Source: a virus (taxonomy: Duplodnaviria > Caudoviricetes). From it: a stretch of 64,000 nucleotides of DNA. Both the position numbers and the translations under genes were made by a program. Location: the IMG/VR virus record IMGVR_UViG_3300002895_000002, positions 64,001-128,000 of that record. One strand, 5' to 3'. The notes beneath the pieces are model-generated. The model saw only the letters and a program-made list of their open reading frames with translations, was not told the origin of the DNA and did no database searches. Below are positions 19,852-29,019 of this stretch, piece by piece (within the stretch, counting starts at the first letter, position 1; every line of letters starts with the position of its first letter).

Positions 19852-20583
19852 GTGAAGGTCTTCGGGTCCATCGATCTCAATAATAATGAAATAAAGCAAA
19901 CGGGCTTCGAAGTCCTGACCTACTTTCCAGCAGCCAAGGAAGGCAAAGTAGTTTATCGGTCAGACTACGGTGACACCTATGTTTGTGTCTCTGTTTCTCC
20001 ACCGGTTTGGATGCCAACCACCAACGCCGCTGCATACACTCATCATCAACCCGGTGGAGGGATGATATGGGATGTTATGCATATGCTTGGAACGACTGAG
20101 GTGTTCGTTCAGGTATATGACGATAACGGTCAGCAGATCATACCAGACTCCATCAACATTATCAACCAGGACAACATCGTCATCACATTTGGGTCATCCA
20201 CTGTAGCAGGAAAAGCGGTTGTCTCTGCTCTCAAGGATCACGTCGGCATTACTCTTGAGGGTGCCACCATTTCCGACATAACGACCACCACGACTGCTAC
20301 TTGGTCCTCCCAGAAGATCCAGGACACCATCAACGCAGCGGTGTCTGGCAACATCACACCAATCGTTGCTCAAATATTATACCCAAATGTCACTCAGGAC
20401 GATGTGTTGATTTTGGATTGTAAGACCGTTGTGGGTATCTATGAGTTTGATGGTTCTGGGTATGACCAATTGATACCCGGTATTGATTATAGCATTAGGC
20501 GTGAATTTGCCGATGGTTCCCAGATCCACGTCATTACCAAAATAAAGCAAACCACGGCTGATCTTGTCGTGGATTACATGTAG
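19852..20583 (+). CDS. putative virion fibre module protein
   Basis: GTG start, KVFGSIDLNNNEI N-module, H.LG..EVFVQVYD module, TWSSQKI. Confidence 0.65.
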   Translation: MKVFGSIDLNNNEIKQTGFEVLTYFPAAKEGKVVYRSDYGDTYVCVSVSPPVWMPTTNAAAYTHHQPGGGMIWDVMHMLGTTEVFVQVYDDNGQQIIPDSINIINQDNIVITFGSSTVAGKAVVSALKDHVGITLEGATISDITTTTTATWSSQKIQDTINAAVSGNITPIVAQILYPNVTQDDVLILDCKTVVGIYEFDGSGYDQLIPGIDYSIRREFADGSQIHVITKIKQTTADLVVDYM

Positions 20584-20591
20584 GAGCTGAT

Positions 20592-21044
20592 ATGGCCCGC
20601 AAACCAACTGTAATGAGTAGAACCTGGCTGCGATCCCGTTTTGAGAACGGTGACACACCAGATCAGAATGAATGGTATGTAATATTTGACAGCTTCGTCC
20701 ATAAGGTAGAAGACAGCCATCTATTCAATTTTGCGGACATCATTGATGACGATGTAACTGCTCTTGATAAGACTTGGTCATCAGAAAAAATTGCTGATGA
20801 GATTGCTGCTAATGCTTCACCTATTTTGAAGATTAAACAGACCTTCACAAATGCAAGCATTGTTGACATATATCACAATTTTAATACTGACTACATCACA
20901 TACAAAGCATTTTATCCAGGACCTGATGGTTATGAAGAATTCATTCCTTCTAGGTTTATTCTGATAAATAGTAACCACGCCAGGATGGAAATGAACCCAC
21001 CAACATCCGGATTCGTTATTCTAATGGGAACAGAAATCGCGTAA
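20592..21044 (+). CDS. putative virion fibre module protein
   Basis: FENGDTP..F..IFDSFVHK anchor-like N-terminus; TWSSEKI; I.HN module. Confidence 0.6.
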   Translation: MARKPTVMSRTWLRSRFENGDTPDQNEWYVIFDSFVHKVEDSHLFNFADIIDDDVTALDKTWSSEKIADEIAANASPILKIKQTFTNASIVDIYHNFNTDYITYKAFYPGPDGYEEFIPSRFILINSNHARMEMNPPTSGFVILMGTEIA

Positions 21045-21089
21045 CAACTGTCGGGTGGTCCGACATACAACACAAAGGAGAAAACACGC

Positions 21090-23525
21090 ATGAAACTGTA
21101 TGGTAACCTCAAGCTTCACGGAGGCGAGCTTCAGAACCTCAAGCTGGAAGTTCTGACAGATGATCCGACTGGCATAGGTCTGTTTGAAGGTCGTCTGTGG
21201 TACAACAGCACCGCTGATGCTATCAAGTATTATGACGGGGCTGATGTACAAATCGTTGGTGATACCGCCGAACTCCAAACTGTCATCAACAACCTCAACA
21301 CCGAGATCACCGCACGTCAGAACGCAGATACTACTCTTCAGGCTAACATTGACGCTGAAGAAACTGCTCGTGTTGCTGCCGATGCTACTCTGACTTCTAA
21401 CCTTGCTGCTGAGGTTACGAACCGCCAGAATGCAGATTCCACTCTGCAAAGCAACATCAACACCGTTCAGAGCAACCTGAACACCGAGGCAACGACTCGT
21501 CAGAATGCAGACACAACTCTTCAGGCCAATATCGACGCTGAAGCAACTACTCGCGCTGCTGCGGACACAACTCTGACCAACAACCTGAATGCAGAGATTA
21601 CTGCACGTCAAAATGCAGATTCAACGCTGCAAGCAAACATTGACGCTGAAGCAACTGCTCGTGCTGCGGCTGATTCCACATTGACATCGAACCTTGCTGC
21701 TGAGGTTACGAACCGTCAAAATGCCGACTCTACTCTCCAGGCTAACATTGACACTGAAGCAACTGCTCGTGCTGCTGCTGATACGACGTTAACCAACAGC
21801 CTGGATGCAGAGGCAACTGCTCGTGCTAATGCTGACACCACTCTCCAGGCTAACATCGATAATGAAGTCTCGGCCCGTACCGCTGCCGTTGCTCTGAAGG
21901 TAAGCAAGTCCGGCGATAGCATGAGCGGTAACCTGGCCATGGGCGGAGTTGCCAAAGTAACCGGCATGGTTGCCCCGACTGATCCGACTGATGCTGCTAC
22001 CAAAGCATACGTTGACAGTCTGGCTTCCGGTCTTGTCTGGCGTGATCCGATCGTTCTCATCAACTTCACGGGTTCTGCTTCTGCTCCGGTTGCTTCTCCT
22101 GTCAAGTACGATTCGTATGTCATCGATGTCGGCGGCGCTACTGGTGCATGGGCAGGCTTTGCTGAAGGTGATGTTGTTCAGTGCACCGATGAAGCTGGCC
22201 CGGTTTGGACCAAGGTAACCGATTTTACCGTTGGTCAGCACTATGTAATCTCCGGTATCACTGAGACCACCCCGATTGGTATTGCTGCTGGTCACCTCAC
22301 CGATTACATGACCGTAACCAATGCTGTTCCGGGTTCGTATGCAGCTACCTTTGACGAGCCTATCGAGGGCAACGCAGTGTTCGTTGGTGATCCGGGTGCC
22401 GCTCTGTTCGGCCGTTCATACACCTATGCCGCTTCTACCGCTGCACCGACCGGCAACCCGACCCATACCTGGATTCAGTTCGGCGGTCCGGGTGCTACTG
22501 GCGCAGGCGTTGGTCTGTACTACGAAGGCAACGTTCTTCACGTCAACCTCGGTGCTGGTATTGCTCAGCTCCCGACTGACGAAGTTGGTATCGACCTGTA
22601 TGCAACTGGCGGTCTTGAACTGGTTGATCCGGGTACCGGTCTTCCGTCGAATGCTTCGGATGCAGTTCTTGCTATCAATGCAGCTGATACATCCATCACT
22701 GTAGACGGCAATGGTATCAAACTTGCTACTACGCTTCAGACGGCAATCTCTTCCAACACTTCTGCCATTGCTGCTGAGACGACTGCTCGTCAGAATGCCG
22801 ATACCACACTGCAGGCTAACATCGACGCTGAAGCAACTGCTCGCATTGCAGCAGACAGCACTCTCCAGGCAAACATCGATGCTGAAGCTACCACAAGGGC
22901 AGCAGCTGATACGACATTGACCAACAACCTCAATGCAGAGATCACGGCACGTCAGAACGCAGACAGTACGCTCCAAGCTAACATCGATGCAGAGGTAACG
23001 GCAAGGACCGGTGCAGATACCACCCTTACTAACAACCTCAACGCTGAGATCACTGCACGTACCAACGCTGACACTACGCTCCAGGCTAACATTGATGCTG
23101 AAGCAACTGCTCGTGCCAACGCTGATACGACACTGACCAACAATCTCAACGCTGAGATCACTGCCAGGACGAATGCTGATACGACTCTCCAGGCTAACAT
23201 CGATGCAGAGGCAACCGCAAGAGCCAATGCTGATACGACGCTCCAAGCCAATATCGATGCTGAAGCAACTGCTCGTGCTAACGCCGACACAACGCTCCAG
23301 ACCAACATCGATGCATGTGCCAAGCGTTATCAGTTCACTGCCGGCGCTGCGAACACCTCGTTCACCATCAACCACAACCTCGGTTACAAGTATGTCAACG
23401 TAACTGTATACGACTCGGTTGACGACGAAGTTATCATCCCGAACAGCATCCAGGCAATCAGCACCAACAGCCTAACAATCACCTTTACCTCCGCTGTTCA
23501 ACCGATCGTCAAGATCGTTGCCTAA
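21090..23525 (+). CDS. long coiled-coil fibre protein with 18-aa repeats
   Basis: Repeats of the type EATARANADTTLQANIDA in two blocks; DAATKAYVD motif; C-terminal INHNLG module. Confidence 0.8.
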   Translation: MKLYGNLKLHGGELQNLKLEVLTDDPTGIGLFEGRLWYNSTADAIKYYDGADVQIVGDTAELQTVINNLNTEITARQNADTTLQANIDAEETARVAADATLTSNLAAEVTNRQNADSTLQSNINTVQSNLNTEATTRQNADTTLQANIDAEATTRAAADTTLTNNLNAEITARQNADSTLQANIDAEATARAAADSTLTSNLAAEVTNRQNADSTLQANIDTEATARAAADTTLTNSLDAEATARANADTTLQANIDNEVSARTAAVALKVSKSGDSMSGNLAMGGVAKVTGMVAPTDPTDAATKAYVDSLASGLVWRDPIVLINFTGSASAPVASPVKYDSYVIDVGGATGAWAGFAEGDVVQCTDEAGPVWTKVTDFTVGQHYVISGITETTPIGIAAGHLTDYMTVTNAVPGSYAATFDEPIEGNAVFVGDPGAALFGRSYTYAASTAAPTGNPTHTWIQFGGPGATGAGVGLYYEGNVLHVNLGAGIAQLPTDEVGIDLYATGGLELVDPGTGLPSNASDAVLAINAADTSITVDGNGIKLATTLQTAISSNTSAIAAETTARQNADTTLQANIDAEATARIAADSTLQANIDAEATTRAAADTTLTNNLNAEITARQNADSTLQANIDAEVTARTGADTTLTNNLNAEITARTNADTTLQANIDAEATARANADTTLTNNLNAEITARTNADTTLQANIDAEATARANADTTLQANIDAEATARANADTTLQTNIDACAKRYQFTAGAANTSFTINHNLGYKYVNVTVYDSVDDEVIIPNSIQAISTNSLTITFTSAVQPIVKIVA

Positions 23526-23549
23526 TCTGAACAACTTCGGTTGTCATCA

Positions 23550-23583
23550 GGGGAGGAGGGTTTCCTCCTCCTCCCCTTTCTTT
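23550..23583 (+). terminator. intrinsic terminator
   Basis: GGGGAGGAGG..CCTCCTCCCC stem followed by TTTCTTT. Confidence 0.7.
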
Positions 23584-23596
23584 ATAAGGAGTCTCA

Positions 23597-24433
23597 ATGA
23601 GAGTACACGGTAACGTCAATCTCAACGATAACGAACTACAGGACTTCCTGATTCATCCAACATCCGAGTTTCCCGGCACCGCTAAAGTCGGTAAAGCGGT
23701 GTTCAGGGTGGACCTGGGTCAGGTTTATGTCTGTGTTCAGGAGTCACCGGCTATCTGGTACCCGATGGCCAACCATAACACCTACGTGCACACCCAAGCC
23801 TCTCCCTCTGCACAGTGGAACATCACGCATAACCTCGGCACCACCGACGTGTTTGTCCAGACCTACGGTGACGACGGTGAGATCTTCATGGCTGACACCA
23901 AGGTCATCGATGAGAACACCGTGCGTATCACCGCGAGCACCACGATCACCGGTAAGGCAGTCATCGCTGCGCTGAACGATCTCGTCGGCATACCGGTAAC
24001 ACATAGCCACACCAACAAGGCCGTGCTTGACCAACTCTCTGATGTTGGGGGTGCTCTCTACTACAACGGGAATGCCATCGGTGGGGGTGGAGGCGGTGCT
24101 GACTCGGTCATACTCAATCAGCCAGGTGCAGTGACGGTACTGTCCGGCTCAGCACGTTGGTATGCACCGGGAAACATCACTGTGGATGACGTCATGGTAG
24201 CATGTGGGGTTGCTCCGACCGGTCAGAACCTCGTCATCGATGTGAAGAAGAACGGGGTGTCCATTTTCAACAGCACGAAACCGACTGTCACTGCTGGTCA
24301 GAATGCTGGTTCAACGGTAGCACCGTATGTAGCCACCACAATGACCGATACCGACTACCTGACCGTGGATGTCACTCAAATTGGAAGTATAAACCCGGGT
24401 GCAGACATGACGGTCCGCATCCGTTATCACTGA
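23597..24433 (+). CDS. putative virion fibre module protein
   Basis: MRVHGNVNLNDNEL N-module, ITHNLG module, C-terminal LTVDVTQIGS domain. Confidence 0.65.
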   Translation: MRVHGNVNLNDNELQDFLIHPTSEFPGTAKVGKAVFRVDLGQVYVCVQESPAIWYPMANHNTYVHTQASPSAQWNITHNLGTTDVFVQTYGDDGEIFMADTKVIDENTVRITASTTITGKAVIAALNDLVGIPVTHSHTNKAVLDQLSDVGGALYYNGNAIGGGGGGADSVILNQPGAVTVLSGSARWYAPGNITVDDVMVACGVAPTGQNLVIDVKKNGVSIFNSTKPTVTAGQNAGSTVAPYVATTMTDTDYLTVDVTQIGSINPGADMTVRIRYH

Positions 24434-24463
24434 TAAATAATCACAACAACATCATAGGAGCAG

Positions 24464-24682
24464 ATGATGACCAAGAGAGAAATAGCTACACTTTTCATTC
24501 CTGAAGCAGTCGACCCTGAGTATGTGATCGATGCTTCCCTCCGGTTCTACGAAGTACCGGGAGAAACCGTGCAGTCCGCCGGAGAGCATGCGGTGACTGA
24601 CATTTTCGCTACCCCTATCGACGGCGGCATTGCCGTTATGACTGCTGGTGAGTACTTCGCCGGTACGGAGGTTACTGCATAA
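24464..24682 (+). CDS. hypothetical protein
   Basis: RBS AGGAG; ATAAATA at 24433. Confidence 0.55.
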   Translation: MMTKREIATLFIPEAVDPEYVIDASLRFYEVPGETVQSAGEHAVTDIFATPIDGGIAVMTAGEYFAGTEVTA

Positions 24683-25629
24683 TGGCTGTAAACAATATTG
24701 TTATCGGACCTAACTCCCATCGCATCCAGTACGGCCCGGCGACAGCTCTCGCAGATCTACGGGCAGCTGTTGAAGCGGCTATTCTTGCTTCTCACGGCTG
24801 GGAAGTACACGACGCTGCTGCTGGTACAAATGCGGTCTGCTATCGTGCACTGAATGCCGATGGTATCACCTACAAGTATGTTGTCCTTGACTTCAACACT
24901 GCTGGGTATATGTTGTTGAAAGCCTTCGAGTCTTGGAACAGTACAACCCACGTCGGAACCAACCAATGTTATCTCATGGAGTCAACAAACTACAATCAGC
25001 GCGTTGATCTTACCAACGGTGGCAACATATACATCTTCGTCAGTCCGAGATGGTTGGCTGCGGTGTCATATAACAACGGCGTGATCGGATCATCCAGCGG
25101 ACAATCGTTCACTGGCTGCTTCGAGAGGACTCGGGTTGAAGATGAACTTGCTTCCGGGTCAACTGATCTGCCGCCGTTCATTGGTGCTATCCCGGGGTGG
25201 ATAAACGGTATATTGAACTTGCCTGGATTCAGTGCACCAAGAATCAAATCAAGCAACTTTGTTGGCATCAATGCTTTCTGCAGATTGAGTGATGGTATTC
25301 GTACCCTCGCCAACTGTTCATCCAACCCGTATCTGCCATATCCGAACCAACCGAGTCCTTGGACTGGGAAATACGTTGTTCGTGACATTGTTGTTGCATA
25401 TAACAATGCTCAGGCAGGCTCGAGTTCTGGCGTGGGTAACGACGAGCCTCTTGGTAAACTTTATGGTCTGAAAGTAACCGCTAGAAGTGTTGGTACCATT
25501 CTCGATGAAATGACCATCAACCTGGACGCCAACTACTTCTGCGACCCGGCCGGATCGCCTGCAGGATGTTGGTTGCTTACAGAAGCAGCCAATGCAAACG
25601 CGGGTTACCGATACGTCATTCCGAAATAA
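24682..25629 (+). CDS. putative virion structural protein
   Basis: 315 aa ORF coupled via TAATG. Confidence 0.6.
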   Translation: MAVNNIVIGPNSHRIQYGPATALADLRAAVEAAILASHGWEVHDAAAGTNAVCYRALNADGITYKYVVLDFNTAGYMLLKAFESWNSTTHVGTNQCYLMESTNYNQRVDLTNGGNIYIFVSPRWLAAVSYNNGVIGSSSGQSFTGCFERTRVEDELASGSTDLPPFIGAIPGWINGILNLPGFSAPRIKSSNFVGINAFCRLSDGIRTLANCSSNPYLPYPNQPSPWTGKYVVRDIVVAYNNAQAGSSSGVGNDEPLGKLYGLKVTARSVGTILDEMTINLDANYFCDPAGSPAGCWLLTEAANANAGYRYVIPK

Positions 25630-25639
25630 GGATCTCATC

Positions 25640-25855
25640 ATGGCAATCATTGATGCTATTGTTGGTGGAGTGGCAACGAACAGGGATGCTTCATACATCG
25701 ACAGACAACCCGGTCTTATGGGGTTATATCCAGAAGTTGTGAGCATCTTTACAGTCAAGAAGTCAGATATGACTTCTCTTGGTATTGCTGCTGGTGTTTC
25801 CACGATCAACGGGCAAGCCCAGGCTGCTCCAGTTCCATTCCAGGTTTGGGGATAA
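25640..25855 (+). CDS. small hypothetical protein
   Basis: MAIIDAIVGG start after AAGGA. Confidence 0.5.
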   Translation: MAIIDAIVGGVATNRDASYIDRQPGLMGLYPEVVSIFTVKKSDMTSLGIAAGVSTINGQAQAAPVPFQVWG

Positions 25856-25860
25856 AACAA

Positions 25861-25880
25861 GGGGGAGGGGAACCTCCCCC
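25861..25880 (+). terminator. GC-rich hairpin (possible terminator/stabiliser)
   Basis: GGGGGAGG-GGAA-CCTCCCCC; no U-tract. Confidence 0.45.
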
Positions 25881-25895
25881 ACCAAAGGACATCAC

Positions 25896-26258
25896 ATGAA
25901 GTCATTCAAGTCATTCATTGCTGAAGGAAAGATCCCTTCTGAGGTTGCTGCCAGGAACGAGCAGATCGACATTGAGGCCGTTGTGCGCGATGCCGTCAAG
26001 GAGTTTCATGGTATGGATGATGCAGCCATCAAGGCCATCACTGACTATATGCGTCCGAAGAAAGTGTTCAGCCTTGGCAAGATGATCGACGATCTTCCTT
26101 ACGGTGCAGGTGCAATGAAGGCTGCCATCGAAGCGGTCAAGAAGGCTGCTTCCACTGCCGGGTTCGGTAAGACGGGTGGTGGGTCTAAACCTCAGACCCA
26201 GGCTCAGAGAATAGACACGTACCTGAAGCAGAAGCACATCGGACCAATCAAGAGATAA
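25896..26258 (+). CDS. candidate head-internal protein with CTS-like N-terminus
   Basis: MKSFKSFIAE versus T4 IPII/IPIII capsid-targeting sequence MKTYQEFIAE. Confidence 0.7.
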   Translation: MKSFKSFIAEGKIPSEVAARNEQIDIEAVVRDAVKEFHGMDDAAIKAITDYMRPKKVFSLGKMIDDLPYGAGAMKAAIEAVKKAASTAGFGKTGGGSKPQTQAQRIDTYLKQKHIGPIKR

Positions 26259-26267
26259 GGAATAAAC

Positions 26268-26555
26268 ATGCGGTTCTATGGTGATGTAGATACACAAGGC
26301 ACAGGTAAGGTACCCTGGGAAGATGTAGCCAAGACAGGTGCAACTCCAGCTGATATCGGAGCAGCATCTTCGACTGACCTACAGAACCACATCAACGACG
26401 GCCAAGCTCATTCCGGCTCCGCCTCTGTAGCTACACTGTCTGATGCTGTTATTACTACACCGGCTGACGGGGAAGTGTTGACATATGAAGCATCTACCCA
26501 AAAGTGGAAAACGTTGCACCTACTGGTGGACCCGGTGGCGGTGCATCGGAGATAA
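26268..26555 (+). CDS. small fibre-module protein, probably frameshifted near 26508
   Basis: MRFYGDVD N-module, LSDAVITTPADGEVLTY motif; alternative-frame tail ends at 26584. Confidence 0.55.
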   Translation: MRFYGDVDTQGTGKVPWEDVAKTGATPADIGAASSTDLQNHINDGQAHSGSASVATLSDAVITTPADGEVLTYEASTQKWKTLHLLVDPVAVHRR

Positions 26556-26665
26556 ACGGTATGAATGTTATGATGGAGTGGTAAATCAAAAAAATCCATC
26601 TTTATAAATAAACGTAGAATTGTTCAAGACGCTCTCGGAAGCGATAAAACAAGGAGACATTACAC

Positions 26666-27247
26666 ATGAAGAAATTTACTGACATGATCCGGGAAGCTGC
26701 TGAGACCAAAGCGGGATCCCAGGCACTGACCGACTTTGTTGGTCTGCTCAACGATTTCATCGAGCAGGACGTTGAAGAAGGCTGCTGTGAGTCTGCTGAA
26801 GATCATCCCCTCAACGCTCTCATCTATATTGCCAACACCCTGCCGGAAGACTGCCTCGGAAACATCACCCACGGTCTGATGGACTTCTACGGATATGACA
26901 CCGACGAGACTGCTGGTGAGGACGACGAAGATGACGTGATTGAAGAGTCCATCGATCCGGAAGAGTTTTATCTCATCACGGAAGGGTCCGTTGCTTCTGA
27001 TATGATCGCTCGTGCACGCCACGCTGTTGAGAAGAGCAAGGAAGCTCACGGCAAGAAGGGCATCCAGGCTCTCATCGCTCACGGCTACAGTGCAGAAGGT
27101 GCTCGTGCACTCCTGAAGCAGGCCAAGAAGAACCTCAAGAAGGGTCGCAAGAAGGCTCTCATGACGAGGAAGAAGCACCGCAAGATCATCGCAAAGCTCC
27201 GTGATAAAATAAGCAAGATCCGGTCTAAGATGGTCGGCAAAGACTAA
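26666..27247 (+). CDS. candidate head-internal protein, acidic N-half and very basic C-half
   Basis: MKKFTDMIRE N-terminus, internal I-x-E sites; TATAAATA at 26603. Confidence 0.7.
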   Translation: MKKFTDMIREAAETKAGSQALTDFVGLLNDFIEQDVEEGCCESAEDHPLNALIYIANTLPEDCLGNITHGLMDFYGYDTDETAGEDDEDDVIEESIDPEEFYLITEGSVASDMIARARHAVEKSKEAHGKKGIQALIAHGYSAEGARALLKQAKKNLKKGRKKALMTRKKHRKIIAKLRDKISKIRSKMVGKD

Positions 27248-27272
27248 CCGAAGGTCAAGACAACGGTTGACG

Positions 27273-27301
27273 AAGGGGAGCAAGAGATTGCTCCCCTTTT
27301 T
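27273..27301 (+). terminator. intrinsic terminator
   Basis: AAGGGGAGCAA-GAGA-TTGCTCCCCTT followed by T-run. Confidence 0.8.
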
Positions 27302-27330
27302 CTATGAAAAGAACATCAATCCAAATAAAT

Positions 27331-27359
27331 TTGACAGATAGTCAGATCTGTGTTATCCT
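27331..27359 (+). promoter_or_regulatory. sigma70-type promoter
   Basis: TTGACA-17 nt-TATCCT with TGn extended -10. Confidence 0.65.
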
Positions 27360-27433
27360 TGAATCAGAGGTTGGGGCTTGGTTCTATATCCATTCCTGAT
27401 CATTGTCTATCGTTTGAGAAAAAAGGAGAACGA

Positions 27434-28090
27434 ATGATTGCTATTTCGGCAAGTATCGAAAAAATTGAAGCAAACCCAGAATTTGATTTTCAGTGGTCTC
27501 TTTTCGAGTGCACTGAACATTACATCCAACGGCTCTGGGACAATAACATCCCTGACAACGTGGCAGTTATTCACCTCCCACCAAAGAGCACTGAGGCTCA
27601 GATCGAGAGGTTGATTGGATGGGCAGCAATCAATAATGATAGGCCGGTTGTTGTCCACCCAAACCATACGGTGATGCGGGTCCTCGGTAAACATGAGAGA
27701 CAGGGTCTCACTCACATCTGTCTAGAGAATTTTCCATACTCCAGCAAGAAACCACTCCGGACACCACTGAACATTATGGACTATGCTGTCAGGAACGGCT
27801 TCGGGATCTGTTACGATTATGCTCACGTGGATCCGGATAATGAGCCAGCCTTTCGCTCACTAGAATTCCTCAGATCATATCTCCCGTTCGTTAGAGTGAT
27901 TCATTTCTCAGGGAACCGACACGATAAGCTCACTGAAGATGACTGGAGGGTGTGGAAGAACCTCATTCTCAATTACCCTGGAAGCTTGAGTGGTGTTGAA
28001 TGGTTCTGTCTTGAGCATAAACATGAAGCAGACAAAACAAATGACGGGAACAGGTTGGCAAAGGTGTTTAGTGAATTGTCTAAACAATAA
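27434..28090 (+). CDS. xylose-isomerase/AP-endonuclease-2-like TIM-barrel protein
   Basis: VVVHP, CLENFP, ICYDYAH, IHFSG and CLEH metal-ligand spacing; RBS AAGGAG. Confidence 0.6.
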   Translation: MIAISASIEKIEANPEFDFQWSLFECTEHYIQRLWDNNIPDNVAVIHLPPKSTEAQIERLIGWAAINNDRPVVVHPNHTVMRVLGKHERQGLTHICLENFPYSSKKPLRTPLNIMDYAVRNGFGICYDYAHVDPDNEPAFRSLEFLRSYLPFVRVIHFSGNRHDKLTEDDWRVWKNLILNYPGSLSGVEWFCLEHKHEADKTNDGNRLAKVFSELSKQ

Positions 28091-28098
28091 ATAATGAC

Positions 28099-29019
28099 AT
28101 GGTAAAGTCATTCAAAAAATATCTTGCGGAAGAAGAATCGGTATCTGCTACTAAAAGGCAGAATATGCAACATCTCACCCAAATGAAGCCCCGGGAATTT
28201 ATAGATCTCATGCGGCAGTTTCGGGATGAGCTCAACGGGATTATTTCTTCAGAGAAGGTTGATGTCTCAGAGAAGGTTGATGGCTTCGGTATCCGTTTTG
28301 GGGTTGATGATGGTGGTAAGTTCTTCATTGAATCATCCCGGTCCGGACCACAGTTCCACCACGGAGCATTCTCAGCCTACGCAAAAGCAAAGTTTGGCGT
28401 CGCTGATAACATCTCAGCAGGGTATGATGATATTTTCAAGAAGCTTGGAGAGTATAAGCAACTTCAGGATCTTTTGAAGAAGAATGGCCCAGTCAAGGTC
28501 ATTGGTGAGTGTCTTTACAATCCGAACGCTACTCTGACGGATCATGGGCTGAAATTCATTGCCACAACATACAACCCGAAGCTGCTCGGGAAGTGGGCGA
28601 CCTTCGTTCTCTTCCATACTGATCCGGATAAGGATCACCTCATAGATCAGATCAAGGCATTATCCACTCATGAGATCAAGTTCGCAACACCAGAAGTTGA
28701 TTATAATGATGTGGATATTACCTATCACATCAAAGACTTCTTCCAATTCGTTGATCAATATCCTAATATCAAAGAGATTCTCGCTTCCAGAAAAGCAGCG
28801 GATCGAGACCTCAAGAAAATGATCATTGACACATTCCAACGCTTCCAGAAGGATGTGACTGACAAGATAGCTTCGGGGATTGAGAAAGGGCAGTTTGGTC
28901 CGGAGGTTGAGGGAGCTGTCTTTGGGGTCAATGATACCAAGTTCAAGGTAACCACTCAGAGCTTCAAGAAGAACAAAGAACTGTTCAACACAGAATTCAA
29001 GGCCAAGAAGGGATTATAG
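28099..29019 (+). CDS. ATP-dependent ligase-like nucleotidyltransferase with CTS-like N-terminus
   Basis: SEKVDG (motif I KxDG), VIGECL (III), EGAVF (IV), KFKV (V); MVKSFKKYLAE; ATAAATA at 28087. Confidence 0.65.
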   Translation: MVKSFKKYLAEEESVSATKRQNMQHLTQMKPREFIDLMRQFRDELNGIISSEKVDVSEKVDGFGIRFGVDDGGKFFIESSRSGPQFHHGAFSAYAKAKFGVADNISAGYDDIFKKLGEYKQLQDLLKKNGPVKVIGECLYNPNATLTDHGLKFIATTYNPKLLGKWATFVLFHTDPDKDHLIDQIKALSTHEIKFATPEVDYNDVDITYHIKDFFQFVDQYPNIKEILASRKAADRDLKKMIIDTFQRFQKDVTDKIASGIEKGQFGPEVEGAVFGVNDTKFKVTTQSFKKNKELFNTEFKAKKGL

